NCBI GenBank assembly: GCA_037441475.1
Contig: JBBISB010000002.1
Coordinates: 60,001-92,000, forward strand
From: Candidatus Iainarchaeum sp.
GTDB lineage: Archaea; Iainarchaeota; Iainarchaeia; Iainarchaeales; CSSED10-239
Direction: 5' to 3'
Length of the DNA: 32,000 bases
The notes beneath the pieces were generated by a model, which saw nothing but the letters and a program-made list of their open reading frames with translations, was not told where the DNA came from and did no database searches. Position numbers and translations under genes: made by a program. Below, in pieces: positions 1 through 11,094 of the stretch (within the stretch, counting starts at the first letter, position 1; each line of letters begins with the position of its first letter).

Positions 1-1615
<1,615 letters not shown>

Positions 1616-1820
1616 AAATTTAAGAATCATTTTTATTAACCAAATAAACTTGCTTTTTGTTATTATTAGGCATTATTTCCTACTTCTTTCATTCCGTTAA
1701 ATTTAGAAAGTATTAAACGGTCAAACTCACTTGGAAAAAACTCCTAGTGGGTAATATAATCTTTAGAAGAGGTAAGTTTTTAAAGGAATCGTTTTCTTCC
1801 TTAGAGATTCTTAGAAATTG

Positions 1821-1847
1821 AAAAAAATAAGGTTTTTTAAGACCTTA
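1821..1847 (-). terminator. Hairpin plus T7 run downstream of the 1987..2367 gene, upstream of the 23S leader
   Basis: A 6-bp stem (1828-1833 taaggt with 1842-1847 acctta) encloses an 8-nt loop. On the minus strand it is followed directly by seven T (1827-1821). Oligo-T tracts are the usual archaeal termination signal. Confidence 0.3.
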
Positions 1848-1986
1848 AAAGTAATTTAGAGTATTAAAAACCACTTAATTTTGCTAAAAAGCAATAAAGG
1901 AGCTTTTTATATAGTAATCAACATACAAAAAGACTTAGAAAAAATCCCTTAAAAATTAAGAAATGAAAAATGTTTTAATACATAAA

Positions 1987-2367
1987 CTATTTAGCAGAGA
2001 TAAGCTCGCATTTAGGAGTTACCTTAACAATATGCTTAACATTTTTTTTATAATAACTCTCACATTGGTTTATTAGATTGTTATCTATTATATCTCTTTT
2101 TGGTTTATTTATAATATCACAAGCCCAACCTTTAACTATCTCTTGGGAAAGGCAAGGACCATCTGTTAATATCTTACCTAAGGCAAGTTCTTTTTCACAC
2201 TCTTTAAGGCAAGAAGATATAGCGCTATCTTCATTACCAGCATAAGAAGAGGGTTTGTTTAAAATAAGGTTTAAGATACCAGCTATAAGTATAAGTAAAA
2301 AAACAATAATGTATACTGAAAATGGAATCTTTGCTTTAAAGAAATTTACTTTCAAAAATCTATTCAC
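1987..2367 (-). CDS. Small N-terminally anchored, Cys-rich extracytoplasmic protein, function unknown
   Basis: 126-aa ORF with a hydrophobic N-terminal segment (FSVYIIVFLLILIAGILNLIL) followed by a domain containing several Cys. I recognise no family. Confidence 0.55.
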   Translation of the reverse strand: MNRFLKVNFFKAKIPFSVYIIVFLLILIAGILNLILNKPSSYAGNEDSAISSCLKECEKELALGKILTDGPCLSQEIVKGWACDIINKPKRDIIDNNLINQCESYYKKNVKHIVKVTPKCELISAK

Positions 2368-2483
2368 CTTTATTAATATATATATATTTAAAAAAATGTA
2401 TATTACTTATAAATATATCTATTAATATATAAATATAATGTAAATATATATCTTTCTATTTTAAAAAAAATAAATGATTAACT

Positions 2484-3317
2484 ATGGAAAAAAGAAAACA
2501 TCACATTTTAGCAATAATTGGAATTTTGATATTATTTGCAAGCATATATATGTCGGCTGTTTTAAAAATACCTAGATTCTATGTTTTCTTCTGTATAGGG
2601 TACTTAATAATTATTGATTTCATAAACTATAAATTAAGAAATGAATCAGTCATTGATCTTTTATTTAAAAAATCAAAAATAAAAGCAACATATTTTTTTA
2701 TAATAGGGTCATTAATATCAGCAATAGTTGTAGACTACTTTTATGGTGTGCTTTTATTTGAAATATGGGCCTGGAATAACTATACTTTATTTAATTGGAT
2801 TATTCTTTATACTGTAATTAACTTTTGTTTTATACTTTTAGTGTATGGAGTATATAAAATATTTGAAAAATACATGGATAATACTAAATATAAAAACTAT
2901 AAACCTAATCATAAATTAAGAAATACTTTACAAATAACAGGATTTATTTTTTTATTAATACCTTTAATAAACTATATTATATTTGGACAAATAGGTACAA
3001 ACTATACAATGATATTCCCTTTCCTTTCAATATGGTTATTTTCAGATTCTCTTTTATTAGAGTACAAGAAACCAATCATTACAAGATTTATTAAATCAAA
3101 ACATATCGTATACACAATACTTTTAACCTCTTTATTTTTAGTAATAACACATGAGGTTGCTAATGTTTTTTCCTTTGAATGGATGTATACAAATATACCT
3201 TTCATGCACTATATGTTATATAATATACCTGTTTTAGTTTTCATAGGCTGGATACCTTTAATTCTTTTCTGTATATCTCTTGTTGAAACATACATTGAAA
3301 AAACTAAGAAGGTATAA
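2484..3317 (+). CDS. Polytopic integral membrane protein, function unknown
   Basis: 277-aa ORF with multiple long hydrophobic stretches along its whole length. I recognise no catalytic motif. Confidence 0.6.
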   Translation: MEKRKHHILAIIGILILFASIYMSAVLKIPRFYVFFCIGYLIIIDFINYKLRNESVIDLLFKKSKIKATYFFIIGSLISAIVVDYFYGVLLFEIWAWNNYTLFNWIILYTVINFCFILLVYGVYKIFEKYMDNTKYKNYKPNHKLRNTLQITGFIFLLIPLINYIIFGQIGTNYTMIFPFLSIWLFSDSLLLEYKKPIITRFIKSKHIVYTILLTSLFLVITHEVANVFSFEWMYTNIPFMHYMLYNIPVLVFIGWIPLILFCISLVETYIEKTKKV

Positions 3318-3357
3318 AAATACTTGTTACATATAATATATAAGAAGTGAATTAATT

Positions 3358-4557
3358 ATGCTTATAGGTATTGTAGGAAAACCCAACGTTGGAAAAACAA
3401 CTTTTTTTAGAGCACTAACATTAATGGATGCTGAATCAGCTAACTATCCGTTTACAACCATTGAACCTAACAAAGGAGTTGGGTTTGTAAGAAACAACTG
3501 TATTGATGTTTTTTTTAATACTCAATGCAACCCAAGAACAGGGTACTGTAAGAAACATATTAGATATCTTCCAGTAGATGTTATTGATGTTGCAGGTTTA
3601 GTTCCAGGAGCTTCTGAAGGAAGAGGACTTGGAAATAAGTTTTTAACAGATTTAAATCAAGCAGATGCTTTGGTGCAGGTAATAGATGCTTCTGGATCAA
3701 CTGATGAAGAAGGAAAGACAGTTAAGGCAGGAACATATAACCCCTCCCTTGAGATTAAGTTTTTAGTTGAGGAAGTTGAAAAATGGTTGTTTGATATTTT
3801 TAAAAGAAACTTTATAAAGATTGGAACTGTGCAAAGAGTACAGAAGCTTAAGACATTAAGAGTTTTAGAGGAATACCTACATGCAACATTAGGTTCAAAG
3901 GAAGAAGAAATCTTTCAAGCACTTAAGAAATGTAGTTTAGTTGAAAAGAACATTGCTGATTGGACTGATGAGGAACTTCTTTTCTTTACAAAAGAGATTA
4001 GAAGACTTTCAAAACCAATAATTATTGCTGCAAATAAAATTGATCTTCCATTTGCAAAAGAAAATATTGAAAGAATGAAAGAAGAGTTTCCTGAACTTAC
4101 AATCATACCATGCTCTGCTGAATCAGAGTTTGCTTTAAAGGCAGCTGATAAAGCAAAGGTTATTAAGTATCTTCCTGGAGACTCAACCTTTAAGATATTG
4201 AAAGAAGACTTATCTGATAAACAAAAGCAAGCACTTGATTTTATTAAAAATAATATTTTAGATAAATATCAATCAACTGGGGTTCAGAAGATTTTAGATG
4301 TTGCTGTTTTTGATGTTTTAAAGTATATTGCTATTTACCCTGGAGGAACTAAGGGGTTAGGAGATAAAGAAGGAAACATCTTGCCTGATTGTTTCTTAAT
4401 GCCGCCTGGTTCAAAAGCCATTGATTTTGCTTTTAAATTACATACAGACTTTGGAAAAAACTTTATTAAAGCAATTGATGTTAAGACAAAGATGCTTCTT
4501 GGTAAAGATCATGCCCTTAAGAATGGAGACTGTATAGAGATTGTTTCTGGGAAATGA
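3358..4557 (+). CDS. YchF/OLA1-like Obg-family GTPase/ATPase with a C-terminal TGS-like domain
   Basis: G1 motif GKPNVGKTT, G3 motif DVAGL, G4 motif NKID, and a C-terminal ...FAFKLHTDFGKNFIKA...LKNGDCIEIV segment typical of TGS. The 399-aa size matches archaeal YchF-like proteins. Confidence 0.85.
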   Translation: MLIGIVGKPNVGKTTFFRALTLMDAESANYPFTTIEPNKGVGFVRNNCIDVFFNTQCNPRTGYCKKHIRYLPVDVIDVAGLVPGASEGRGLGNKFLTDLNQADALVQVIDASGSTDEEGKTVKAGTYNPSLEIKFLVEEVEKWLFDIFKRNFIKIGTVQRVQKLKTLRVLEEYLHATLGSKEEEIFQALKKCSLVEKNIADWTDEELLFFTKEIRRLSKPIIIAANKIDLPFAKENIERMKEEFPELTIIPCSAESEFALKAADKAKVIKYLPGDSTFKILKEDLSDKQKQALDFIKNNILDKYQSTGVQKILDVAVFDVLKYIAIYPGGTKGLGDKEGNILPDCFLMPPGSKAIDFAFKLHTDFGKNFIKAIDVKTKMLLGKDHALKNGDCIEIVSGK

Positions 4558-4564
4558 AAGGATT

Positions 4565-5068
4565 ATGAAAATAAAACTTTTAACAAAAATTACTTTAAAA
4601 GAAGATAAAGAACTTGAAATGCTTTATAAAAAGTATTTTAAAAAAGAAAAAGAAGAAACTAATCTAGATTTTAAAAAGATTAACTTGATTCTTAAAAAGT
4701 TTCCTAAGTCAGAAGCAATAGTTATTGATAAAAAAACTATTATTGGTGAAGTTACAACCATACCTACAAATAAAAAAATAATGAAAGAATTTTTAGAAAG
4801 TAAGATAACAGAACAAGAAATGATTGATAAATCTCTTGACAAAATATCACTTAAAAATTTTAATTCTCTTTACCTTTGCTACTTTATACTTGAAAAGAAA
4901 TATAGGGGAAAAGAAATAACTTCAAAAGCAATTGAGAAAATTATAGATTATTATATAAAAATAAATCCAAAAATTACTTTATTTGTTTGGCCTTTTTCAA
5001 AAGCAGGAGAAAAAGTGGCAATTAAAATATCAGAAAAATTTTATCTACCACTTATTATTAAAAAATAA
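4565..5068 (+). CDS. Small basic protein, possibly a GNAT-type acetyltransferase
   Basis: ORF in the 4541 frame. The ATG at 4565 avoids overlap with the upstream gene's stop. The segment FILEKKYRGKEITSKAIEKII weakly resembles GNAT motif A. The family call is tentative. Confidence 0.4.
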   Translation: MKIKLLTKITLKEDKELEMLYKKYFKKEKEETNLDFKKINLILKKFPKSEAIVIDKKTIIGEVTTIPTNKKIMKEFLESKITEQEMIDKSLDKISLKNFNSLYLCYFILEKKYRGKEITSKAIEKIIDYYIKINPKITLFVWPFSKAGEKVAIKISEKFYLPLIIKK

Positions 5069-5070
5069 AA

Positions 5071-5766
5071 CTATTTTTTAGATTTTTTCTTAGCAGCGTT
5101 CTTTATATCCAACTGCTTATCAGCTTCAGAAACATTTAATTCTTTTTTAACAACAATTCTTCCAGTCTTTATAAAGTCCTTTATACTAGCAATACCGTAT
5201 CTTGTTATTATAAAAGAACCAGTGAAGAAAACACCGGCAAGCAAAGGATTAAAGCCTAGAAGTAAAGAGGCTACCCCACTTGAAGTTGCAACCTGGATAT
5301 CTGGTTTTGAAAATAATTCACCTAATTTTTCAAAGAAACGTATGTTCTTTCCTGTCTCAGGATTAATCTCAGCCATTAAATTTCCATTTTGGAAAATTCT
5401 TATCTGTCCATCCTCTTCAGAAGAGATGATTGCCATAACATCTTTTTCTTGAGATATACCTCTTGCTGCAGAATGTCTTGTTCCATGACCAAAAAGTATC
5501 TTTGTTCTTTTTATTTTAGCACCATAACAAACAACCTTACCATCATCATTAACTATTATAGCACCATCCATTTCTGAGAGGTATAAAAGTAAAGTTTGTG
5601 TTTCTTTATCTTTGATATTAAAGTCCTTGCCTTTAAAAAGATCAGGGTAAAGAATATCGTATTTTTTAGAAATATCATTTTTAGTTATTACAAAAAAAGA
5701 ACCTTTCTTTTTTTTTGCCATTTCATTTACTAGTATCATTACTTGAGAAATTGTGTTTTTATTCAT
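5071..5766 (-). CDS. Diadenylate cyclase (DAC/DisA_N) domain protein with a C-terminal hydrophobic segment
   Basis: DGA motif (EMDGAIIVNDDG) and an RHR-region motif written as GTRHSAARGIS. The C-terminal part carries a hydrophobic stretch (VASLLLGFNPLLAGVFFTGSFII) and a Lys-rich tail. Confidence 0.8.
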   Translation of the reverse strand: MNKNTISQVMILVNEMAKKKKGSFFVITKNDISKKYDILYPDLFKGKDFNIKDKETQTLLLYLSEMDGAIIVNDDGKVVCYGAKIKRTKILFGHGTRHSAARGISQEKDVMAIISSEEDGQIRIFQNGNLMAEINPETGKNIRFFEKLGELFSKPDIQVATSSGVASLLLGFNPLLAGVFFTGSFIITRYGIASIKDFIKTGRIVVKKELNVSEADKQLDIKNAAKKKSKK

Positions 5767-5822
5767 ATATATTCACCTTATCTGTCTTATAGATATCTAT
5801 ATAGATGAAACAATATTTAAAG

Positions 5823-7223
5823 CTAATTTTTTAAAATAGACTTAAGTAATAAGGAGAACTTTTTTTTATTTTTTTTAACAAATAAAACCTCTCCATCTTC
5901 TTTCTTAAGAGTTACTTTCTTTGATCTTACAATCTTTATCTTATCTCCGTTCTTTAAGATATGCCCTTTATTAGCTATTATCTTATCATTGACCTCAGCA
6001 TAGTCATAAAATTTAGCAAAATCAGTGTGAAGAATAAAAGCAAAGTCAAGAAGAGTGGATTTTTTTGGAATAACCATCTCTTGGTTTGTTTGGGTGTAGA
6101 CAACTATGTAGTCTATATAGGAGACATCTTTTGGTTTTGTAAGCATATTATTTTCTTTTAAGAAATTTATTAAACGAGAGTCCTTTTCTGAAAATTCAAT
6201 GTTTTTATAGTGGAAATGAGCAGAAACACCAAACTCAGCATTGTTATGCATATCAATGGTTCTTATCTGTATCTCAAAAGGATAACCATTAAGCATTATA
6301 TTAAGATGTATTGACTGATAACCATTTTCCTTAGGATACTTTATAAAATCTCTTATCTTTACATCCTTGTTTTCAATAACCTCAAAGTTATCTTTAATAG
6401 CTTGAAGAGCTTTATAACATTCCTTTCTTGAATTGTAGATAAGTCTTAAAGCATAGATATCAAGAACCTCTAAAAGATGATTCTTTTCTTTCCTTATAAA
6501 GATCTTTTGATAAAGACTGCCTGGGCTTTTGTATCTGTAATTGTAGGTTACTGGTTTATGTCCTTTATTTTTTAAAAAATTAATAACAGTTTCTTTTAAA
6601 GTATTTAATTTTTCTACAGGATATTTTTTAGTTACTTCTTTATAGGTTTTATTAAAACTTTCTTTATACTTTAAAGCCATTAATTTTTCTAAAAACTCCT
6701 CTTTGAAGTTTTGCATACCTAACTGGTAGGCTAAAGGAAAGATAGCTTGTTCAATAACATCTAAAAATCTTGTTTTAAATTTTTCATCTTTAATTTTAGG
6801 AAAATAATCTAAGATAACTAAAGCTTCACCAAAAAGAAGAATAACAGCCTCTATCTTAAAGAAAGATTGAACAATCATTTTTTTTATTTTCTTAGGAGGG
6901 ATATCATAGTTGTGTATTAAATCATAAAAGTTTATAAAATAATAATCTTTAGATATCTTTCTTATAATCTTAGGAAAACCTGCACTCTTAATGTTTATTT
7001 CATATTTATAAGGGTTGTAAAGAACAGCAGTGATTATTATGTTTTCATCATAAACATTTAGTTTTTTTGCAATAGCTAAAGAATACTCTATTAAAGGGAT
7101 GTTTTTGAAAACATACTCAGAAGAATAATTGTTTTTAGAGATAGAGTAGGCTTTCTTAATATTTGAAGTGTACTCTTTTATAAGAGATGAATATTCTTTT
7201 AAAAAACTTTTTTTAATAACCAT
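5823..7223 (-). CDS. Long RelA/SpoT homologue: degenerate HD region, (p)ppGpp synthetase domain and TGS
   Basis: Synthetase core YRYKSPGSLYQKI...DIYALRLIY...FIKYPKENGYQSIHLNIML..PFEIQIRTIDMHNNAEFGVSAHFHYK. C-terminal TGS-like segment STLLDFAFILHTDFAK...LKNGDKIKIV. The N-terminal region aligns to the HD hydrolase region (PLAYQLGM), but the HD dyad position reads LYNP. Confidence 0.85.
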   Translation of the reverse strand: MVIKKSFLKEYSSLIKEYTSNIKKAYSISKNNYSSEYVFKNIPLIEYSLAIAKKLNVYDENIIITAVLYNPYKYEINIKSAGFPKIIRKISKDYYFINFYDLIHNYDIPPKKIKKMIVQSFFKIEAVILLFGEALVILDYFPKIKDEKFKTRFLDVIEQAIFPLAYQLGMQNFKEEFLEKLMALKYKESFNKTYKEVTKKYPVEKLNTLKETVINFLKNKGHKPVTYNYRYKSPGSLYQKIFIRKEKNHLLEVLDIYALRLIYNSRKECYKALQAIKDNFEVIENKDVKIRDFIKYPKENGYQSIHLNIMLNGYPFEIQIRTIDMHNNAEFGVSAHFHYKNIEFSEKDSRLINFLKENNMLTKPKDVSYIDYIVVYTQTNQEMVIPKKSTLLDFAFILHTDFAKFYDYAEVNDKIIANKGHILKNGDKIKIVRSKKVTLKKEDGEVLFVKKNKKKFSLLLKSILKN

Positions 7224-7260
7224 TTAATATCACTGTGTTTTTTTACCTTTCTGTAACGTT

Positions 7261-7300
7261 TTTTGTACTTTCGTATTATTTTTTGTCCTTTGGTATTATT
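7261..7300. repeat. Two tandem 20-bp direct repeats (18/20 identical) in the leuS/RSH intergenic spacer
   Basis: 7261-7280 ttttgtactttcgtattatt and 7281-7300 ttttgtcctttggtattatt. A weaker third copy (11/20) lies at 7241-7260. Confidence 0.8.
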
Positions 7301-7325
7301 TAATCTTCTTGTTTTTTTTATTTTT

Positions 7326-7334
7326 AAAAAAAAA
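7326..7334 (-). terminator. Oligo-T tract immediately after the leuS stop codon
   Basis: Nine consecutive A on the plus strand (T9 on the minus strand) directly follow the TAG stop at 7335-7337. This is an archaeal-style oligo-T terminator. Confidence 0.4.
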
Positions 7335-10202
7335 CTATTCCACTAAGAAACCTATCTTACCAGGAGTTGCACTCTTTGCTTTTTCATTTAAAGACTCTTC
7401 TGCCTTAACTATTAAAACCTCAGTTTCAAAGGTATTAGAGATGAAATCCTTTATTGAGGTTAAAAAAACCATATCCTCCTCTTGAGATTTTATGTTTTCC
7501 TTTAAAAGAGGTTGCTTTATAAGCTTTGTAATGGTTTTAGAAACTTCTTCTTTTTCCTCAGAATACTTAGACATATATTTAGAAATCAGTTGTCCAACAT
7601 TTCTTGAAACATCTAAATCAACTAAAACTTCTTGATAAAATAAATATTTCCAAGATGCAGAAACAATTAAGGTTATTTTATTTATTTTCTCAAGACCTGA
7701 AAGCTTAATAACATTTCTTAAATCTGAAACCATCTTTTCAACATTCTTTTCCTTATCATCAAGAGAAAGATTTATCTTTTCAATATCAACTATAGGGAAG
7801 CTTTGTTTTGCTACAAGAGTATTTTCTAAAACTAAGCTGTTAAGCTCTTCTGCTACATGAGGAGTAAACAAACCCATTGTTAAGATCCATTTTTTAAGTA
7901 AAGAAAAAATTAATTTTTTATTGTTTCCACCTCTTCTTAAATACCATGAAAAGTCATTATGGAAATTAAAATAAACTTCATCAGTTGCAGCCTTAAACTC
8001 TATTTTTTCCATAGCCTCTATAACTGTTCTAAGTCTTAAGTTAAACTTAGATTCAAACCAGCGGTCAAGCTCAGTTTCATTTGCATCTTCCTTAAAATCA
8101 TTTGAAGAAATAATATTTTCTATAAAGGAAAAGATTCTTTCAAGTCTTTGCTTATATGTTTTTAAATCATCTTCCTCAAAGGAGATATCCACAAATGGAC
8201 TTGCTACATTTGCATAGAAAAGTCTAATTGCATCTATTGAGTATTTTTCGGCCTCAGAGCCAATTGAACCTACACCACCCTTTGATTTTGAAATTTTTCC
8301 AGAACTTGAAACAACCCACCAGTTAACAAAGATACCTTGTGGGTAATATTTTTTATCTAAGATACCTACATGGTTCATTAAAAAGGTAGGAAAATGAACT
8401 GTTTGGTGTTCCTTACCGCCTAAGTTAATATCTAAAGGATACCAGTAAGAGACATCTTTTTTAATTTCCTCAACTAAAAGTTTATCTAAAGAAGTTTCTT
8501 TTATAACATTCTCTAAAGAACCTTTGTTTAAGAAAATATAATCAAAGAACGCTTCTGTTAATTGTTCAGTTTTTATTTTACCTTGGTTTACATAAAGAGA
8601 AACAAGGTAATAGATAGGGTAAAGAGTACTATCTGAAATTGGTTCAACTGTGTAAGAGGAATCAAATGGAAGCTTTGTTCCAAGCCAGGTTCCTTGTCTT
8701 GCACATGCTCTATCATCAAACCAGTTTAGAATATTTGAAAGATTCTTTTTAAAAGAATCAGGCAAAATAAGCATGTTCTTTGTATACTCAATTGTTTTTT
8801 CTGTTAAATCCTTGTCTGAATATTTAATAAACCATTGTCCATCTATTCTTTTAATTACAACTGGAGAAGAGCATCTACAAAGAACCTCTTCTGATAAATC
8901 ATAGAAGATGAATGCATTTTTTTCTTCAAGCATCCTTTCTTTTATTTTTTCTTTTGCAATTTCAACTTTCATGCCCTTATATTCATTACAGGTTTCTGTC
9001 ATAACCCCTGTATGGTAACCTTTCTTGTAAACTTCTTTTTTAGCTTCCTCTAATTTTTCTGTATCCTTTTGAGAAGCAATCTTCATTCTCTCACAAATCT
9101 CAACTGCAGGAAAATCTCCAAAATCTTTTGATTTAATTATTGGTATTAACTTAATATTTTTAATAGTCTCATAATCAAGAGAGTATTTATCACACTCTTC
9201 CTTTGATCTTTGCAAGTCATAAAGACCCATCCAGTCAGCAGGCGCATCAGAAGGAACAGAGGTGACTATGCCTGTACCTATCTTAGGGTCACAAAAGGAA
9301 GATGGAAGAATAATTATTTTTCTATCTATAATTGGTGGTTTTACATATTTACCTAAAAGATCCTTACCTTTTATTTTTTCATCAAGAAGAGAAGTATTAT
9401 CTATTTGGTATTTTATTTTTTCATAAAAATCTTTTGATGCAATCCAGGTTTCATTTTCATACTTTATCTTAACATACTCTTCCTCTGCTGAAAGCCAGAT
9501 GTTTGTTTGACCGTAAACAGTCTCTGGTCTTAGGGTTGCAACTAAGATATATTGATTTTCTTTTTCAAAATTAAGTTTAATGATTGTAAACTCTTGTTTT
9601 TCTGCATTTCCACCTTTTGATAAATCCATCTCTGAAGGATCAACTGCAACTGGACCACACTTTACACAAGCTGTTGCAAAGTAAGGCTTTTGTACAAGTA
9701 AGTCTTTTTCTTTTAGTTTCTTAAACTGCCATTCTATAAACTTTTGATAATCAGGGTAGGTTGTAACTGTAAATCTTCTAAAGTCACCTAGAAAGCCATA
9801 GGAGTTATAATCTCTAACATACATTTCAGAAAAGAAATTAACAAAGCCATCTGGAGTGGATATTTTATTTAAGTTATCATTTGTTAAGCCTTTACTTTTG
9901 TAATAATCAACAGTCTCTTTATCATTCTCTTTTACTTTTTGTGCTTTAGAAACAGCTCCGTTTCCTGAAGCATGCCCTCCAGCAGCAAGTAAAACATTAA
10001 AACCATTCATTCTTTTAAACCTACAGATAGCATCAGCATAAGAGTATCCTCTCATATGCCCTACATGATGAAAGCCTGAGACAGTTAAGTAAGCCCATAT
10101 TAAAAAGAACTTTGGTTTAGTTTCATCTCTTGTAGCAGAGCCTATGTTTTCCTCTTGCCATTTATCTTGCCATTTTTTTTCAAAGTCTGTATAGTTGTAC
10201 AT
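7335..10202 (-). CDS. leuS: Leucine--tRNA ligase, archaeal/eukaryal type
   Basis: 955 aa. HIGH motif as SGFHHVGHMRGY, KMSKS motif as GKISKSKGG. The N-terminal FEKKWQDKWQEE and the overall size are typical of archaeal LeuRS. Confidence 0.95.
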   Translation of the reverse strand: MYNYTDFEKKWQDKWQEENIGSATRDETKPKFFLIWAYLTVSGFHHVGHMRGYSYADAICRFKRMNGFNVLLAAGGHASGNGAVSKAQKVKENDKETVDYYKSKGLTNDNLNKISTPDGFVNFFSEMYVRDYNSYGFLGDFRRFTVTTYPDYQKFIEWQFKKLKEKDLLVQKPYFATACVKCGPVAVDPSEMDLSKGGNAEKQEFTIIKLNFEKENQYILVATLRPETVYGQTNIWLSAEEEYVKIKYENETWIASKDFYEKIKYQIDNTSLLDEKIKGKDLLGKYVKPPIIDRKIIILPSSFCDPKIGTGIVTSVPSDAPADWMGLYDLQRSKEECDKYSLDYETIKNIKLIPIIKSKDFGDFPAVEICERMKIASQKDTEKLEEAKKEVYKKGYHTGVMTETCNEYKGMKVEIAKEKIKERMLEEKNAFIFYDLSEEVLCRCSSPVVIKRIDGQWFIKYSDKDLTEKTIEYTKNMLILPDSFKKNLSNILNWFDDRACARQGTWLGTKLPFDSSYTVEPISDSTLYPIYYLVSLYVNQGKIKTEQLTEAFFDYIFLNKGSLENVIKETSLDKLLVEEIKKDVSYWYPLDINLGGKEHQTVHFPTFLMNHVGILDKKYYPQGIFVNWWVVSSSGKISKSKGGVGSIGSEAEKYSIDAIRLFYANVASPFVDISFEEDDLKTYKQRLERIFSFIENIISSNDFKEDANETELDRWFESKFNLRLRTVIEAMEKIEFKAATDEVYFNFHNDFSWYLRRGGNNKKLIFSLLKKWILTMGLFTPHVAEELNSLVLENTLVAKQSFPIVDIEKINLSLDDKEKNVEKMVSDLRNVIKLSGLEKINKITLIVSASWKYLFYQEVLVDLDVSRNVGQLISKYMSKYSEEKEEVSKTITKLIKQPLLKENIKSQEEDMVFLTSIKDFISNTFETEVLIVKAEESLNEKAKSATPGKIGFLVE

Positions 10203-10278
10203 ATTTTATCTTTTTCTATTATATTTTAGTATATAATATAAGTATAGAAACGTTTATAAAAACTCAAGAAAAACAAAA

Positions 10279-11094
10279 CTACTTAACTCTTTCAACAAAA
10301 AGATAAACATCAGGAAGATCAGGGGTTCTTTTCTTATACTCTAAAGGAAGATATGAAAAATCTGCTCTAAAACCTCTTTTTTCAAGACCACTAATAACTT
10401 GTGATCTATGCTCTTTACCCATACTTGTCTTTAATAGAAAAGTATTGAAACTAAAGATAGCAAGACCACCTTTGTTTAAGGAATAAAGATACTTAAGTAA
10501 AACCTCTCTTTGTAAAGAGGTCTGTGTGTAATGAAAACCACCATAAACAGAAAGAATTAAATCATATTTTCTTTCTGGCATGAAATTTAAGACATTACCT
10601 ATTTTCTTAAAATCAATATTTTTTGCAACCACACTTCTAGTTAAAGAAACTGCTGTTGTTTTTAGATCAGCAGAAACTAATTTTCTTTCTTTTAAAGAAT
10701 TCCATTTTTCTTTAAGTTCTGATAAAAAAGTGCCTTTTCCAGCACCATCATCTAAAACATTTATTTCTTTTTTTTTATATTTTCTTTCAAAAGCACTTAA
10801 AGTAGATATAATATCTCTTTTAAAAACAGAGCTATTTTCTAATATACTACTGGTTATTATTTTTTTAAAAATAAAATTATAATCATCATATTTTCTATTT
10901 AAGATGTATCTTCCAGACTTATCACTTTCTTTTAATTTCTTTTCAGAAACTTTTAATCTTGCTAGAATATCTTTATCTTTTAGTTTTTTAAAAATTAGAT
11001 CTTTTTGTAAAGACACCATACCATTTGCTTTTTCTTTAAGAGAAACCGGTTTCTTTGAAAATTTAGTTAATTTAGAAGGAGTTTTTTTAACCAT
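10279..11094 (-). CDS. Class I SAM-dependent methyltransferase-like protein, tandem paralogue 2
   Basis: Motif I-like VLDDGAGKG, post-I/IV-like YDLILSVYGG and LNKGGLAIF, plus a basic N-terminal extension. It clearly aligns with the upstream paralogue. The substrate is unknown. Confidence 0.6.
   Translation of the reverse strand: MVKKTPSKLTKFSKKPVSLKEKANGMVSLQKDLIFKKLKDKDILARLKVSEKKLKESDKSGRYILNRKYDDYNFIFKKIITSSILENSSVFKRDIISTLSAFERKYKKKEINVLDDGAGKGTFLSELKEKWNSLKERKLVSADLKTTAVSLTRSVVAKNIDFKKIGNVLNFMPERKYDLILSVYGGFHYTQTSLQREVLLKYLYSLNKGGLAIFSFNTFLLKTSMGKEHRSQVISGLEKRGFRADFSYLPLEYKKRTPDLPDVYLFVERVK

Noticed and set aside
4541-4564. The ATG at 4541 as the start of the 175-aa ORF
   Set aside because: It would overlap the GTPase 3' end by 17 nt. 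The in-frame ATG at 4565 gives a clean 7-nt spacer after the TGA, so it is preferred, but this is not proven.
5066-5073. Convergent genes abutting with a 2-nt gap (and an 8-nt convergent overlap at 25550-25557) as a possible regulatory antisense arrangement
   Set aside because: Extreme compaction occurs throughout this window, so close or overlapping gene ends are most simply explained as genome streamlining.
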